Part shown: positions 20,174 to 27,112 of the stretch, piece after piece
Layout of the letters: every line of letters starts with the position of its first letter
How positions within the stretch are numbered: the first letter of the stretch is position 1
Source: an uncultured Christensenellaceae bacterium
Lineage (GTDB): Bacteria; Bacillota; Clostridia; Christensenellales; DTU072
Length of the DNA stretch: 64,000 bases
NCBI GenBank assembly: GCA_964432485.1
Contig: CAYSNP010000002.1
Span: forward strand, 6,141-70,140
Direction of reading: 5' to 3'
Notes under the pieces: model-generated
What the model was told of the DNA's origin: nothing
Seen by the model: only the letters and a program-made list of their open reading frames with translations
The model's database searches: none
Program-made: the position numbers and the translations under genes

Positions 20174-20764
20174 ATGAAGAAAACCTTATTGATAGATATT
20201 GATGATACCTTAATTAATAGTTTTGAACTTCCAATAGTTAATCAATTTTTGGGGACGAATTATGGGGAAGAGGACTTTAAGAGCTATATTCAGGAGATTT
20301 TCACCGACCCTAGCGAAATGGAGCGGTTTCATGAATTTTTATTCACTCAAAAAGTATATGGGGATGATACAATAAAGGTAAAGGATGATGCCATAAGAGT
20401 TGTGAAGAAACTAAGCAAAGCATATAGCGTCTACCTATGTTCTGATTACACCTTTTGGCAAAAACCTTGGGAGTCTGATAGATTTTTTGTTGAAAAGTTT
20501 CATTTTCTTAAAAGGCATTTTAATTTCATAAGTCCCTTGCAGCATATTTTTTTGAAAGAAAAGCAATTATTGCAAGCAGATATTATGATTGATGATAGAA
20601 TTGAAAATTTTGGAGAAAACATTAGACAACGCATATTGTTTTCAGCTTATCATAATAAAACGATATCATCCGACGAGCTAAGAGACCGCGGGATAATAAG
20701 AGTCGACACGTGGTCGGACATAGAAAGTTTGTTGCTTGACGGTAAAAAGAGAGGTGACAATTAA
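20174..20764 (+). CDS. HAD-superfamily 5'(3')-deoxyribonucleotidase-like protein (NT5C/YorS-like)
   Basis: HAD motif I is IDIDDTL and motif IV is IMIDDR. 'ILFSAYHN' and 'RVDTWSDIE' match the pattern I remember for NT5C-family proteins (ILFTAPHN, RVNNWEEV). The RBS is GGAGGA. Confidence 0.65.
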   Translation: MKKTLLIDIDDTLINSFELPIVNQFLGTNYGEEDFKSYIQEIFTDPSEMERFHEFLFTQKVYGDDTIKVKDDAIRVVKKLSKAYSVYLCSDYTFWQKPWESDRFFVEKFHFLKRHFNFISPLQHIFLKEKQLLQADIMIDDRIENFGENIRQRILFSAYHNKTISSDELRDRGIIRVDTWSDIESLLLDGKKRGDN

Positions 20765-20765
20765 C

Positions 20766-22085
20766 ATGGACGCAACGAATGAGAAAGTCTTTATTGCATG
20801 GGGCGGGAACCAACCACTTGCAAAAGCAGTTAGTGAAAAAATATCAAAGTATAAGTTTTCGGCTATTGTAGGCGGAGGTCAAGTTACCGACTTGTATTTG
20901 GGAAATCAGATTTTGACCCAAATGCGTCAATGTACTCAAGCGGTTATTTTGGTACAAAGAACATCTAGTGATAGTAGCAAATACAATTTGAATGACAACA
21001 TGATGTTTGAATGGGGATATTTGACGAGTCAAATGCCACCGAATAAAATTCATGTGTTCCTCATTGACATGCAAGCAAAGCATTTGCCGAGTGATTTGAT
21101 GGGAACGTGGGCTACTGAAATTATACAGAGTAATCGGACAATGGAAGATGTTGCAGAAGAAGTAGCAAGAACATTTCATGCCAATGCCTCAATCCCAATT
21201 GAAGTAAACAAAATGGAAGTTTTGCATACTTGGGAACGAACTAAGCGCCTAATTGAAAATTACAACGAATCTTCAAACATTTCGGATGTGGAAATGGCTC
21301 ACATCCTCCTGCACAGCATTGAAACAAATTATCAATATATGGAGGATGAGTACACTGAAAAAATTCTTAATAATATGAAGCCAATTTCTAATTTACTTGC
21401 ATATGTTGTTCAACTTTTCAAGGTTAATATAACTCTTGTTAGAGAAACAAATCATTTAACAAGTCCAATTGACTTTGATTTATATGAAGAGCTAAAAAGC
21501 ATTTGCAGCAGGGACGTAAACTTCATTGATAAGGATGAAAACCTAAATATGTGGATTCAATTTTACAAGGTTGATCATTTAATAATGTTACATTCATCTA
21601 TTGCAACTAATCCTGAATTGAGAGATGAGGAGAAAAGTCTATATATAAAAAAATCAGTACAAGAGGGAGAGCGGGCGCTTGACATTCTGCAAAAAATCAT
21701 TTCCGAATTTCCAAGGGATAAAAATTATGTGAACTTATTCGTAGGGTATATTCATGGCCATTTACGATATCACTGTTATAGTAAAATCGAGTGTTCGGAT
21801 AAAGCTTCGTACCATAGCAAATTAGCGGTTGATGCTTTTAGAGATTTTTACTTAACATTTAAGCAACTGTTTCCTGGTGATGGATATTTGATTAATCAAT
21901 TCGCACAAACTTACTATTTGGATCTTGCGAGGCATGCAGACTATGTTTCTGATGCAGGAGAACAAATGATGATACGAAGAATGATATCTTCATTTTTGTC
22001 GAAATATCAGCAGCAAGCAGAGCGCCAGCATAAGATATTTAAAAAACTTAAAGATAGGGCAAAAAGAATATTGAAGGATGGATAA
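20766..22085 (+). CDS. TIR-like (COG4271/Cap12-type) domain protein with an unassigned roughly 300-aa alpha-helical C-terminal domain
   Basis: The N-terminal roughly 130 aa carry KVFIAWGG, AVILV, NMMFEWGYL and LPSDLMG. These fit the 'VFIVHG ... AivLlTpDD ... NVifElGyf ... iPSDL.G' pattern of TIR-like nucleotide-binding domains. The ATG at 20766 lies 1 nt after the upstream TAA (20762-20764). The TTG at 20736 in the track is less likely to be the start. Confidence 0.6.
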   Translation: MDATNEKVFIAWGGNQPLAKAVSEKISKYKFSAIVGGGQVTDLYLGNQILTQMRQCTQAVILVQRTSSDSSKYNLNDNMMFEWGYLTSQMPPNKIHVFLIDMQAKHLPSDLMGTWATEIIQSNRTMEDVAEEVARTFHANASIPIEVNKMEVLHTWERTKRLIENYNESSNISDVEMAHILLHSIETNYQYMEDEYTEKILNNMKPISNLLAYVVQLFKVNITLVRETNHLTSPIDFDLYEELKSICSRDVNFIDKDENLNMWIQFYKVDHLIMLHSSIATNPELRDEEKSLYIKKSVQEGERALDILQKIISEFPRDKNYVNLFVGYIHGHLRYHCYSKIECSDKASYHSKLAVDAFRDFYLTFKQLFPGDGYLINQFAQTYYLDLARHADYVSDAGEQMMIRRMISSFLSKYQQQAERQHKIFKKLKDRAKRILKDG

Positions 22086-22562
22086 AGCCGAGTAAAAAGC
22101 CGCTGAAATTATTAAGGGCTGAGCAAAAAACAGTAAATATACATAGAAGAAAAACCAAGCATAATTAAAAAGCGGCTAGCTTATTTCAGCGGGCTACTAG
22201 AGAGGATAAATGTTGAGAAAAACGGTTACCTTGAGTTAGCATTAAAAAATGATATTATGCTACATCTTGCCTTTGGCGTTCTTAATTACAGCGGTCGTTA
22301 AGTCAAAAGGATAATCCACATAGCTATCCGTCAAGCATTCCTGAATCAAAAGAGAATTAATATTTTTTAGTGATATTGCTTACGCAATGATATTGACCTA
22401 TCAACTTGACAGGGGTAGATAACCTACCGGTCAATGATATTTTTGCTAAAGCAAAAATGATATTATATTTTTCTTTAACTTGACTTGAAAAGGCAAATAT
22501 CATTCACGAAGTGAATACCATTGCGAAGCAATAGCACTTTTCCGCAAGGAAAAATATAATTG

Positions 22563-22600
22563 AAAAAGAGTTGAATTTCAGAGAAATTCAACTCTTTTTT
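22563..22600. terminator. Bidirectional rho-independent terminator
   Basis: AAAAAGAGTTGAATTTC-AGA-GAAATTCAACTCTTTTT forms a 17-bp stem flanked by an A-run and a T-run. It directly abuts the 3' end of the tRNA (minus strand) and closes the plus-strand region. Confidence 0.75.
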
Positions 22601-22676
22601 TGGTGGAGATAAGGGGACTTGAACCCCTGACCTATGCGTTGCGAACGCATCGCTCTACCAGCTGAGCCATATCCCC
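22601..22676 (-). tRNA. tRNA-Ala (anticodon CGC), CCA encoded
   Basis: The reverse complement is GGGGATATGGCTCAGCTGGTAGAGCGATGCGTTCGCAACGCATAGGTCAGGGGTTCAAGTCCCCTTATCTCCACCA. It folds as a cloverleaf with a 7-bp acceptor stem, the G3:U70 alanine identity pair, anticodon loop TTCGCAA and T-loop TTCAAGT. Confidence 0.95.
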
Positions 22677-22686
22677 AAGTGCTGAT

Positions 22687-22716
22687 ATTGTAGCATAATT
22701 TGTTCTTTTTTAGCAA
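22687..22716 (-). promoter_or_regulatory. Promoter of tRNA-Ala
   Basis: The minus strand reads TTGCTA (22711-22716), an 18-nt spacer, then TACAAT (22687-22692). It ends 10 nt before the tRNA 5' end. Confidence 0.5.
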
Positions 22717-22840
22717 GAGAATTAAGAGAAACCATAGGTGGAATATTAAAAAATCGCAGACAAGTTTGCTTTAGCACCAATTGCAATCAGCAGGTAAATA
22801 TGTTATGATTATTTTAAGATTATATGCACGGCGGACATCA

Positions 22841-23271
22841 ATGAAAGGTATAAAGATAATAAGCGTTTTTTTAATTCTGGTGCTTTTGACTTCATTATGC
22901 AGTTGCTCCAGAAGAGTATTTTATAAAAGAAAAGATATAGAAAGCGTATCTTTCCGCTTAGCGTATCCTGATGCTACAATCTTGGAAGAAGATGACATTA
23001 CAGACCCTGAGGTTTTAGATGCTGTTAGCAAAGCCCTTAAAAGGCTAAACTTTAATCGTTATAAACCTTGGGGCAATATCTGGACCTTGGAACGCTATGA
23101 CTATATAAAACCGCAATACTGTCACATTATGAAAGTAAAACTAAAGAATATGGCACTATTGTATATAGTATTGACCAAGAGAATAAATGTTACAGCATGG
23201 AAGGCTATAGAAATTACTCCAAAAATGGAGAGAAATTAGTAGAAGTAATGGAGCAATACTTTGCAGAATAA
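22841..23271 (+). pseudogene. Small lipoprotein family, copy 1, interrupted by a -1 frameshift near 23141-23148
   Basis: MKGIKIISVFLILVLLTSLCSC (lipobox) followed by FYKRKDIESVSF matches copies 2-4. After 'HIMKVKLK' the family-conserved C-terminus (EYGTIVYSIDQENKCYS...GEKLVEVMEQYFAE*) continues in the neighbouring frame to the TAA at 23269-23271. The ORF-track frame ends at 23239 with unrelated residues. Confidence 0.65.
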
Positions 23272-23317
23272 AAGCTGGTAGCTTTATTTGTTGAAAGGCG
23301 GCAGGAGAAATAATATT

Positions 23318-23749
23318 ATGAAAAGTAAAAAAGCTCTTTGTATCGTTTTAATCTTGGCAACCTTATTGTCATTTAGCGGGTGTGCAAAAACAGGTTTATT
23401 CTTTAAAAGAAAAAATATAGATAGCTTATACTTTCAGATGTCGCTAAAAAATGGGACTGTTGTAAGTGAAAATGTTACAGATCCGGAAGTAATAGATAGA
23501 GTTTATGATGTTCTTAAAAAAATAAAGTTTAATAATAAGCGGCCTAGAAACAATATATTGTCAGGAGAAAAATATACTTATTACGCTCCCGCAACTTATC
23601 ATATTTTAGGGATAAACACCAAAAAGAATGGCACCTTGAATCTAGAAATTGATATGCATAACAGATGCTTTGTAACTACTGATTACAGAAGACACTCTAC
23701 AGCGGGAGAAGAGCTTGTTGAAATTATGACAGAGTATTTTGATACATAG
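23318..23749 (+). CDS. Small lipoprotein family, copy 2
   Basis: The ATG at 23318 has AGGAGA 9 nt upstream. Lipobox LSFSGC. Family motifs: FFKRKNIDSLYF, TDPEVIDRVYDVLKKIKFN, YH, RCF, ELVEIMTEYF. Confidence 0.8.
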   Translation: MKSKKALCIVLILATLLSFSGCAKTGLFFKRKNIDSLYFQMSLKNGTVVSENVTDPEVIDRVYDVLKKIKFNNKRPRNNILSGEKYTYYAPATYHILGINTKKNGTLNLEIDMHNRCFVTTDYRRHSTAGEELVEIMTEYFDT

Positions 23750-23852
23750 TATTGACATTGCTTTGCAATCTTTACAATTATTCTTTTCTTTTTTCAAAAA
23801 GACCAGAAAGTCTTTATAATAATAGCAAATCTTTCTTTAAAGGAGAACTAAT

Positions 23853-24395
23853 ATGAGTAAATATGCAATTATTGTAGTGGATATGCTCAATGACTTTGTA
23901 ACCGGAGCATTAGGCTGCGACAGAGCAAAGGAGATTGTGCCTGCTAATGCCAAACTAATCCAAGCGGCAAGAGCTAAAGGTATCCCGGTGATTTATTCTA
24001 ACGACAGTCACCTTAAAGGGATAGACCACGAGCTAAAGTTTTGGGGAGACCACGCTATAAGAGGTACTTACGGAGCTGAGGTTATACCTGAACTTGCACC
24101 TACCGATATAGACTATATTGTTCCTAAAAGGAGATATAGCGGCTTCTTTCAAACTGATTTGCTTATTTTGCTACAAGAGCTAAAAGTAAACACTTTAATT
24201 GTTACCGGACTGCATACACATATGTGTTGCAGGCACACTTGCGCAGATGGTTATTGCTACGGCTATAAGATAATTGTCCCCAAGGATGCCACCAATGCCT
24301 TTACAGAAGAAGACTACCAATCAGGACTAAAATATCTTAAAGAAGTTTATGATGCTACTATTACCACTGTTAGCGAGTTAGTTAAAAAGTTTTAA
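23853..24395 (+). CDS. Isochorismatase-family cysteine hydrolase (nicotinamidase/PncA-like)
   Basis: IIVVDMLNDF supplies the catalytic Asp, VPKRRYSGF the Lys, and TGLHTHMCC the Cys. The RBS is AAAGGAG. Confidence 0.8.
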   Translation: MSKYAIIVVDMLNDFVTGALGCDRAKEIVPANAKLIQAARAKGIPVIYSNDSHLKGIDHELKFWGDHAIRGTYGAEVIPELAPTDIDYIVPKRRYSGFFQTDLLILLQELKVNTLIVTGLHTHMCCRHTCADGYCYGYKIIVPKDATNAFTEEDYQSGLKYLKEVYDATITTVSELVKKF

Positions 24396-24404
24396 GCTAC
24401 TTTA

Positions 24405-24433
24405 TTGCTAATATAGCTAAAATGTGCTATATT
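24405..24433 (+). promoter_or_regulatory. Promoter placed so that lipoprotein copy 3 would be leaderless
   Basis: TTGCTA (24405-24410), a 17-nt spacer, then TATATT (24428-24433). Only 6 nt (AAATAA) lie before the ATG at 24440, and there is no purine-rich RBS. Confidence 0.4.
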
Positions 24434-24439
24434 AAATAA

Positions 24440-24883
24440 ATGAAAATCAAAAAGATTCTTTATGTAAATCTAGTATTAATATTGATAGGTAGCTTGCTGA
24501 CTGCTTGCGGTAGACAAGGTGTTTTTTTCAAAAGAAAACATATAGAAAGCATAGATTTTTACTTAATTTCTAACAACGTTATTATAAAAGAAGCCAAAAA
24601 TATTAAAGATAAAGAAACTTTAGATGCAATTTATAAAGTGCTTAAAAACATAAGGTTTAATAAAAAATTCTCTGATTCTGCTATAAGTGAAGGTCTGAAT
24701 GAACCTGAAACCTATTATGTATTAGATGTAAACTTAAGAGAAAATTATGGCTTATACTCTCTGCATATTTCAGAGGCAGGAAGATGTTTTAACTATAAGG
24801 ACAAAGGTTATGAATATTTTTCTCTGTCAGGGGATAGATTATTAGAAATAATAGAAAACTATTTTGAGCAGCAGGAATCATAA
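24440..24883 (+). CDS. Small lipoprotein family, copy 3
   Basis: Lipobox LLTAC. Family motifs: FFKRKHIESIDF, LDAIYKVLKNIRFN, RCF, LLEIIENYF. Confidence 0.8.
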   Translation: MKIKKILYVNLVLILIGSLLTACGRQGVFFKRKHIESIDFYLISNNVIIKEAKNIKDKETLDAIYKVLKNIRFNKKFSDSAISEGLNEPETYYVLDVNLRENYGLYSLHISEAGRCFNYKDKGYEYFSLSGDRLLEIIENYFEQQES

Positions 24884-24915
24884 CATATGAGATTAATACT
24901 TAGAAAGGTAAAAAT

Positions 24916-25371
24916 ATGAAATTAAAGAAACTGATATGTGTTGTTTTAGCGTTGGCTATCCTATTTTCGCTTGTAGGATGCAACCGTAAATGGGCTAACT
25001 TTAAGAAAGATAAAATAGAAAGCCTGAGTTTCGAGTTGGAATATCCTAATGGGGTAACAAAATCTGATAGCGATATTACTGATCCCAAAGTTATCAGTGA
25101 TACATATCAAATGTTGCAGAAAATAAAGTTCAATAAGAAATTACCAAAAAGAGAAAGCATATGGCATAATATAGAAATTGTTTACGAGGAGCCCGCTGTG
25201 TACCATACTTTAAGCATTAAGCTAAAAGACGGAGGGCATAAATTTTTATATATAGATAGCAAAACTAATTATTGTTACAGCCCCGGCGAATATAGGATAT
25301 ATTCTGACTCCGGAGAGCAGGTACTGGCTGTTATGGTAAAATATTTTCAAAATAAAGAAGAGTCAAGCTAA
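24916..25371 (+). CDS. Small lipoprotein family, copy 4
   Basis: Lipobox SLVGC. Family motifs: FKKDKIESLSF, TDPKVISDTYQMLQKIKFN, YH, YCY, VLAVMVKYF. The RBS is GAAAGG. Its 3' end overlaps the convergent ABC ATPase gene by 9 nt. Confidence 0.8.
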   Translation: MKLKKLICVVLALAILFSLVGCNRKWANFKKDKIESLSFELEYPNGVTKSDSDITDPKVISDTYQMLQKIKFNKKLPKRESIWHNIEIVYEEPAVYHTLSIKLKDGGHKFLYIDSKTNYCYSPGEYRIYSDSGEQVLAVMVKYFQNKEESS

Positions 25372-26157
25372 TAGCATTCTATCGCTAACAAAGTTTTCGC
25401 CTACGCTCTCTTCAAACTTTGCCATAAGGTCGGGTACTGTAATTTTACTTTTTTCCTCACCTTCTACATGATATATAATCATACCGTTATGCATCATAAT
25501 CAATCTGTTGCCATATTTTATTGCATCTTTCATATTATGAGTGACCATCAAAGTAGTAAGGTTATGCTCTGAGGTGATTTGCTCTGTAAGGTGCTGTACT
25601 TTAAGTGCGGTCTTAGGGTCCAATGCGGCAGCATGCTCATCCAGCAATAACATTTTTGGCTTGCGCAGCGTTGCCATAAGCAAGGTAAGAGCTTGCCTTT
25701 GCCCTCCGCTAAGCAAGCCCACCTTATTGGTCAGCCTATCTTCCAATCCTAGCCCTAATAGCTTTAGCTGCTGATAAAACAACTCCTTTTCCTGCTTGGT
25801 TATCTCCCATCGCAAAGTGCGCTTCTTCCCTCGCCTATATGCCAAAGCAAGGTTTTCTTGAATTTCCATAGAAGCGGAAGTGCCCATCATAGGGTCTTGA
25901 AAAACCCTGCCAAAGAACTTTGCCCTTTTATACTCCGGCAGATTGGTGATATTGATATCACCCAACATAATCTTGCCGCTGTCAGCCAAATGAACGCCGC
26001 TAATAAGATTGAGCAAGGTAGATTTGCCCGCTCCGTTACCGCCAATTACTGTAATAAAATCACCGTCATTGATAGAAAGGCTAACATCTATAATGGCCTT
26101 CTTTTCTGTTATCAGCCCTTTGTTAAAAGTTTTATGAATGTTGGTTATCTCCAGCAT
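25363..26157 (-). CDS. ABC transporter ATP-binding protein (COG1101-type)
   Basis: Walker A GGNGAGKST, signature LSGGQRQALTLLMA, Walker B LLLLDEHAAALD. It is the last gene of the SBP-permease-ATPase operon. Confidence 0.9.
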   Translation of the reverse strand: MLEITNIHKTFNKGLITEKKAIIDVSLSINDGDFITVIGGNGAGKSTLLNLISGVHLADSGKIMLGDINITNLPEYKRAKFFGRVFQDPMMGTSASMEIQENLALAYRRGKKRTLRWEITKQEKELFYQQLKLLGLGLEDRLTNKVGLLSGGQRQALTLLMATLRKPKMLLLDEHAAALDPKTALKVQHLTEQITSEHNLTTLMVTHNMKDAIKYGNRLIMMHNGMIIYHVEGEEKSKITVPDLMAKFEESVGENFVSDRMLLA

Positions 26158-26184
26158 TTTAATTTCTCTCTTTTTGCCATAATC

Positions 26185-27078
26185 TTAAACACCCTTTAGC
26201 TTTTTAGGCTTTTTAAGATGCGGTATACCTAAGGCGATTATTACTATTAAGGCGGTAAGCAGTTTGATATCGGACGCTTCCAAAAAGTTAAAGAGCAGCA
26301 CCAGCGAAATGATTAGGCGGTATACCACGCTGCCTAATACAATAAAAGTCAGCTTTAGCCAAAAAGGGAACTTTTGACCTGTAAATGCCTCTCCTATAAT
26401 TACGGACGCCAACCCTATCACAATAGAGCCTGAACCCATTGTAGCATTGGAGTTTGCCTGATGTTGCGCAACAAGCGCTCCGCAAAGTGCAACAAGAGCA
26501 TTGCTTATCATTAAAGCCAGTATTTTGGTATTGTCTGTATTGATACCTTGTGCACGGCACATCTTTTCGTTGTCGCCCGTTGCCCTGATTGCGCATCCTA
26601 TCTCGGTGCCGAAAAACCAATAAAGGGCGGCTACAGCTATTGATGTAAATAGTATAGCGATAATAAAGATAGAAAAGTTGTACGCTATACCCTTATCCAT
26701 AAAAAAGCTAATTAAAGTATCTTTCCTAAGCAGGGAAAGGTTTGCCCCGCCCATTATCCTGATATTGATAGAGTATAGGCCTATCATTACCAGTATGCCT
26801 GCAAGAATGGGCGGGATTTTTAATTTAGTATTTAACAAGCCGGTAGCCAACCCCGCCAACGCGCCAATCATTAAGGACAGCACACATGCTGTTACAAGAC
26901 CTAAGGCAGTCTTGGCAATAAATACAGCCATAACGGAAGCACCTAAAGTAAAACTGCCCTCTACGGTAAGGTCGGGAAAATTCAAAATCCTGAAAGAAAT
27001 GAACACACCCAAAGCAAAAAGCCCCCAGAGCATGCCTTGGTTTGCGCCGGCAAAGAGCGTATGAATTAAAGCTGCCAT
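26185..27078 (-). CDS. ABC transporter permease (COG4120-type)
   Basis: This is a polytopic membrane protein of 297 aa sitting between the SBP and ATPase genes. Confidence 0.85.
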   Translation of the reverse strand: MAALIHTLFAGANQGMLWGLFALGVFISFRILNFPDLTVEGSFTLGASVMAVFIAKTALGLVTACVLSLMIGALAGLATGLLNTKLKIPPILAGILVMIGLYSINIRIMGGANLSLLRKDTLISFFMDKGIAYNFSIFIIAILFTSIAVAALYWFFGTEIGCAIRATGDNEKMCRAQGINTDNTKILALMISNALVALCGALVAQHQANSNATMGSGSIVIGLASVIIGEAFTGQKFPFWLKLTFIVLGSVVYRLIISLVLLFNFLEASDIKLLTALIVIIALGIPHLKKPKKLKGV

Positions 27079-27112
27079 AAGTCTTCCTTTAATATATTAT
27101 TCTAGTTTGCTT

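Larger units (their letters stand above)
22248..22690. repeat. Cluster of TGATATT heptamers and short palindromes in ORF-free DNA around tRNA-Ala
   Basis: TGATATT occurs at 22250, 22371, 22388, 22435, 22458 and 22683, and inverted (AATATCA) at 22496. Palindromes: ATTGC-TTAC-GCAAT (22375-22388), ATTTTTGC-TAAA-GCAAAAAT (22439-22458), ATTCAC-GAA-GTGAAT (22502-22516), ATTGC-GAA-GCAAT (22520-22532) and TTTTCC-GCAA-GGAAAA (22538-22553). Confidence 0.6.

Noticed and set aside
20736-20765. Alternative upstream TTG/GTG starts proposed by the ORF track (20736, 47605, 58531, 57).
   Set aside because: In each case an ATG slightly downstream has a better-placed RBS. The TTG at 58531 falls within the mapped promoter region (at the predicted TSS, just downstream of the -10 hexamer). 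The one at 57 is internal to an ORF that is open from the window edge.
22098-22195. A 12-13-bp inverted repeat (AGCCGCTGAAAT / ATTTCAGCGGGCT) flanking about 73 bp. I considered a MITE or an invertible promoter switch.
   Set aside because: There is no target-site duplication, no transposase or invertase nearby, and no promoter recognisable inside. I mention it only as part of the repeat-rich spacer finding.
19810-22600. A genomic island integrated at tRNA-Ala. I looked for a direct repeat of the tRNA 3' end (TGGTGGAGATAAGGGGAC) and for an integrase.
   Set aside because: I found no second copy of the tRNA 3' segment by eye and no integrase or recombinase ORF anywhere in the window. An island origin remains only an inference from gene content.
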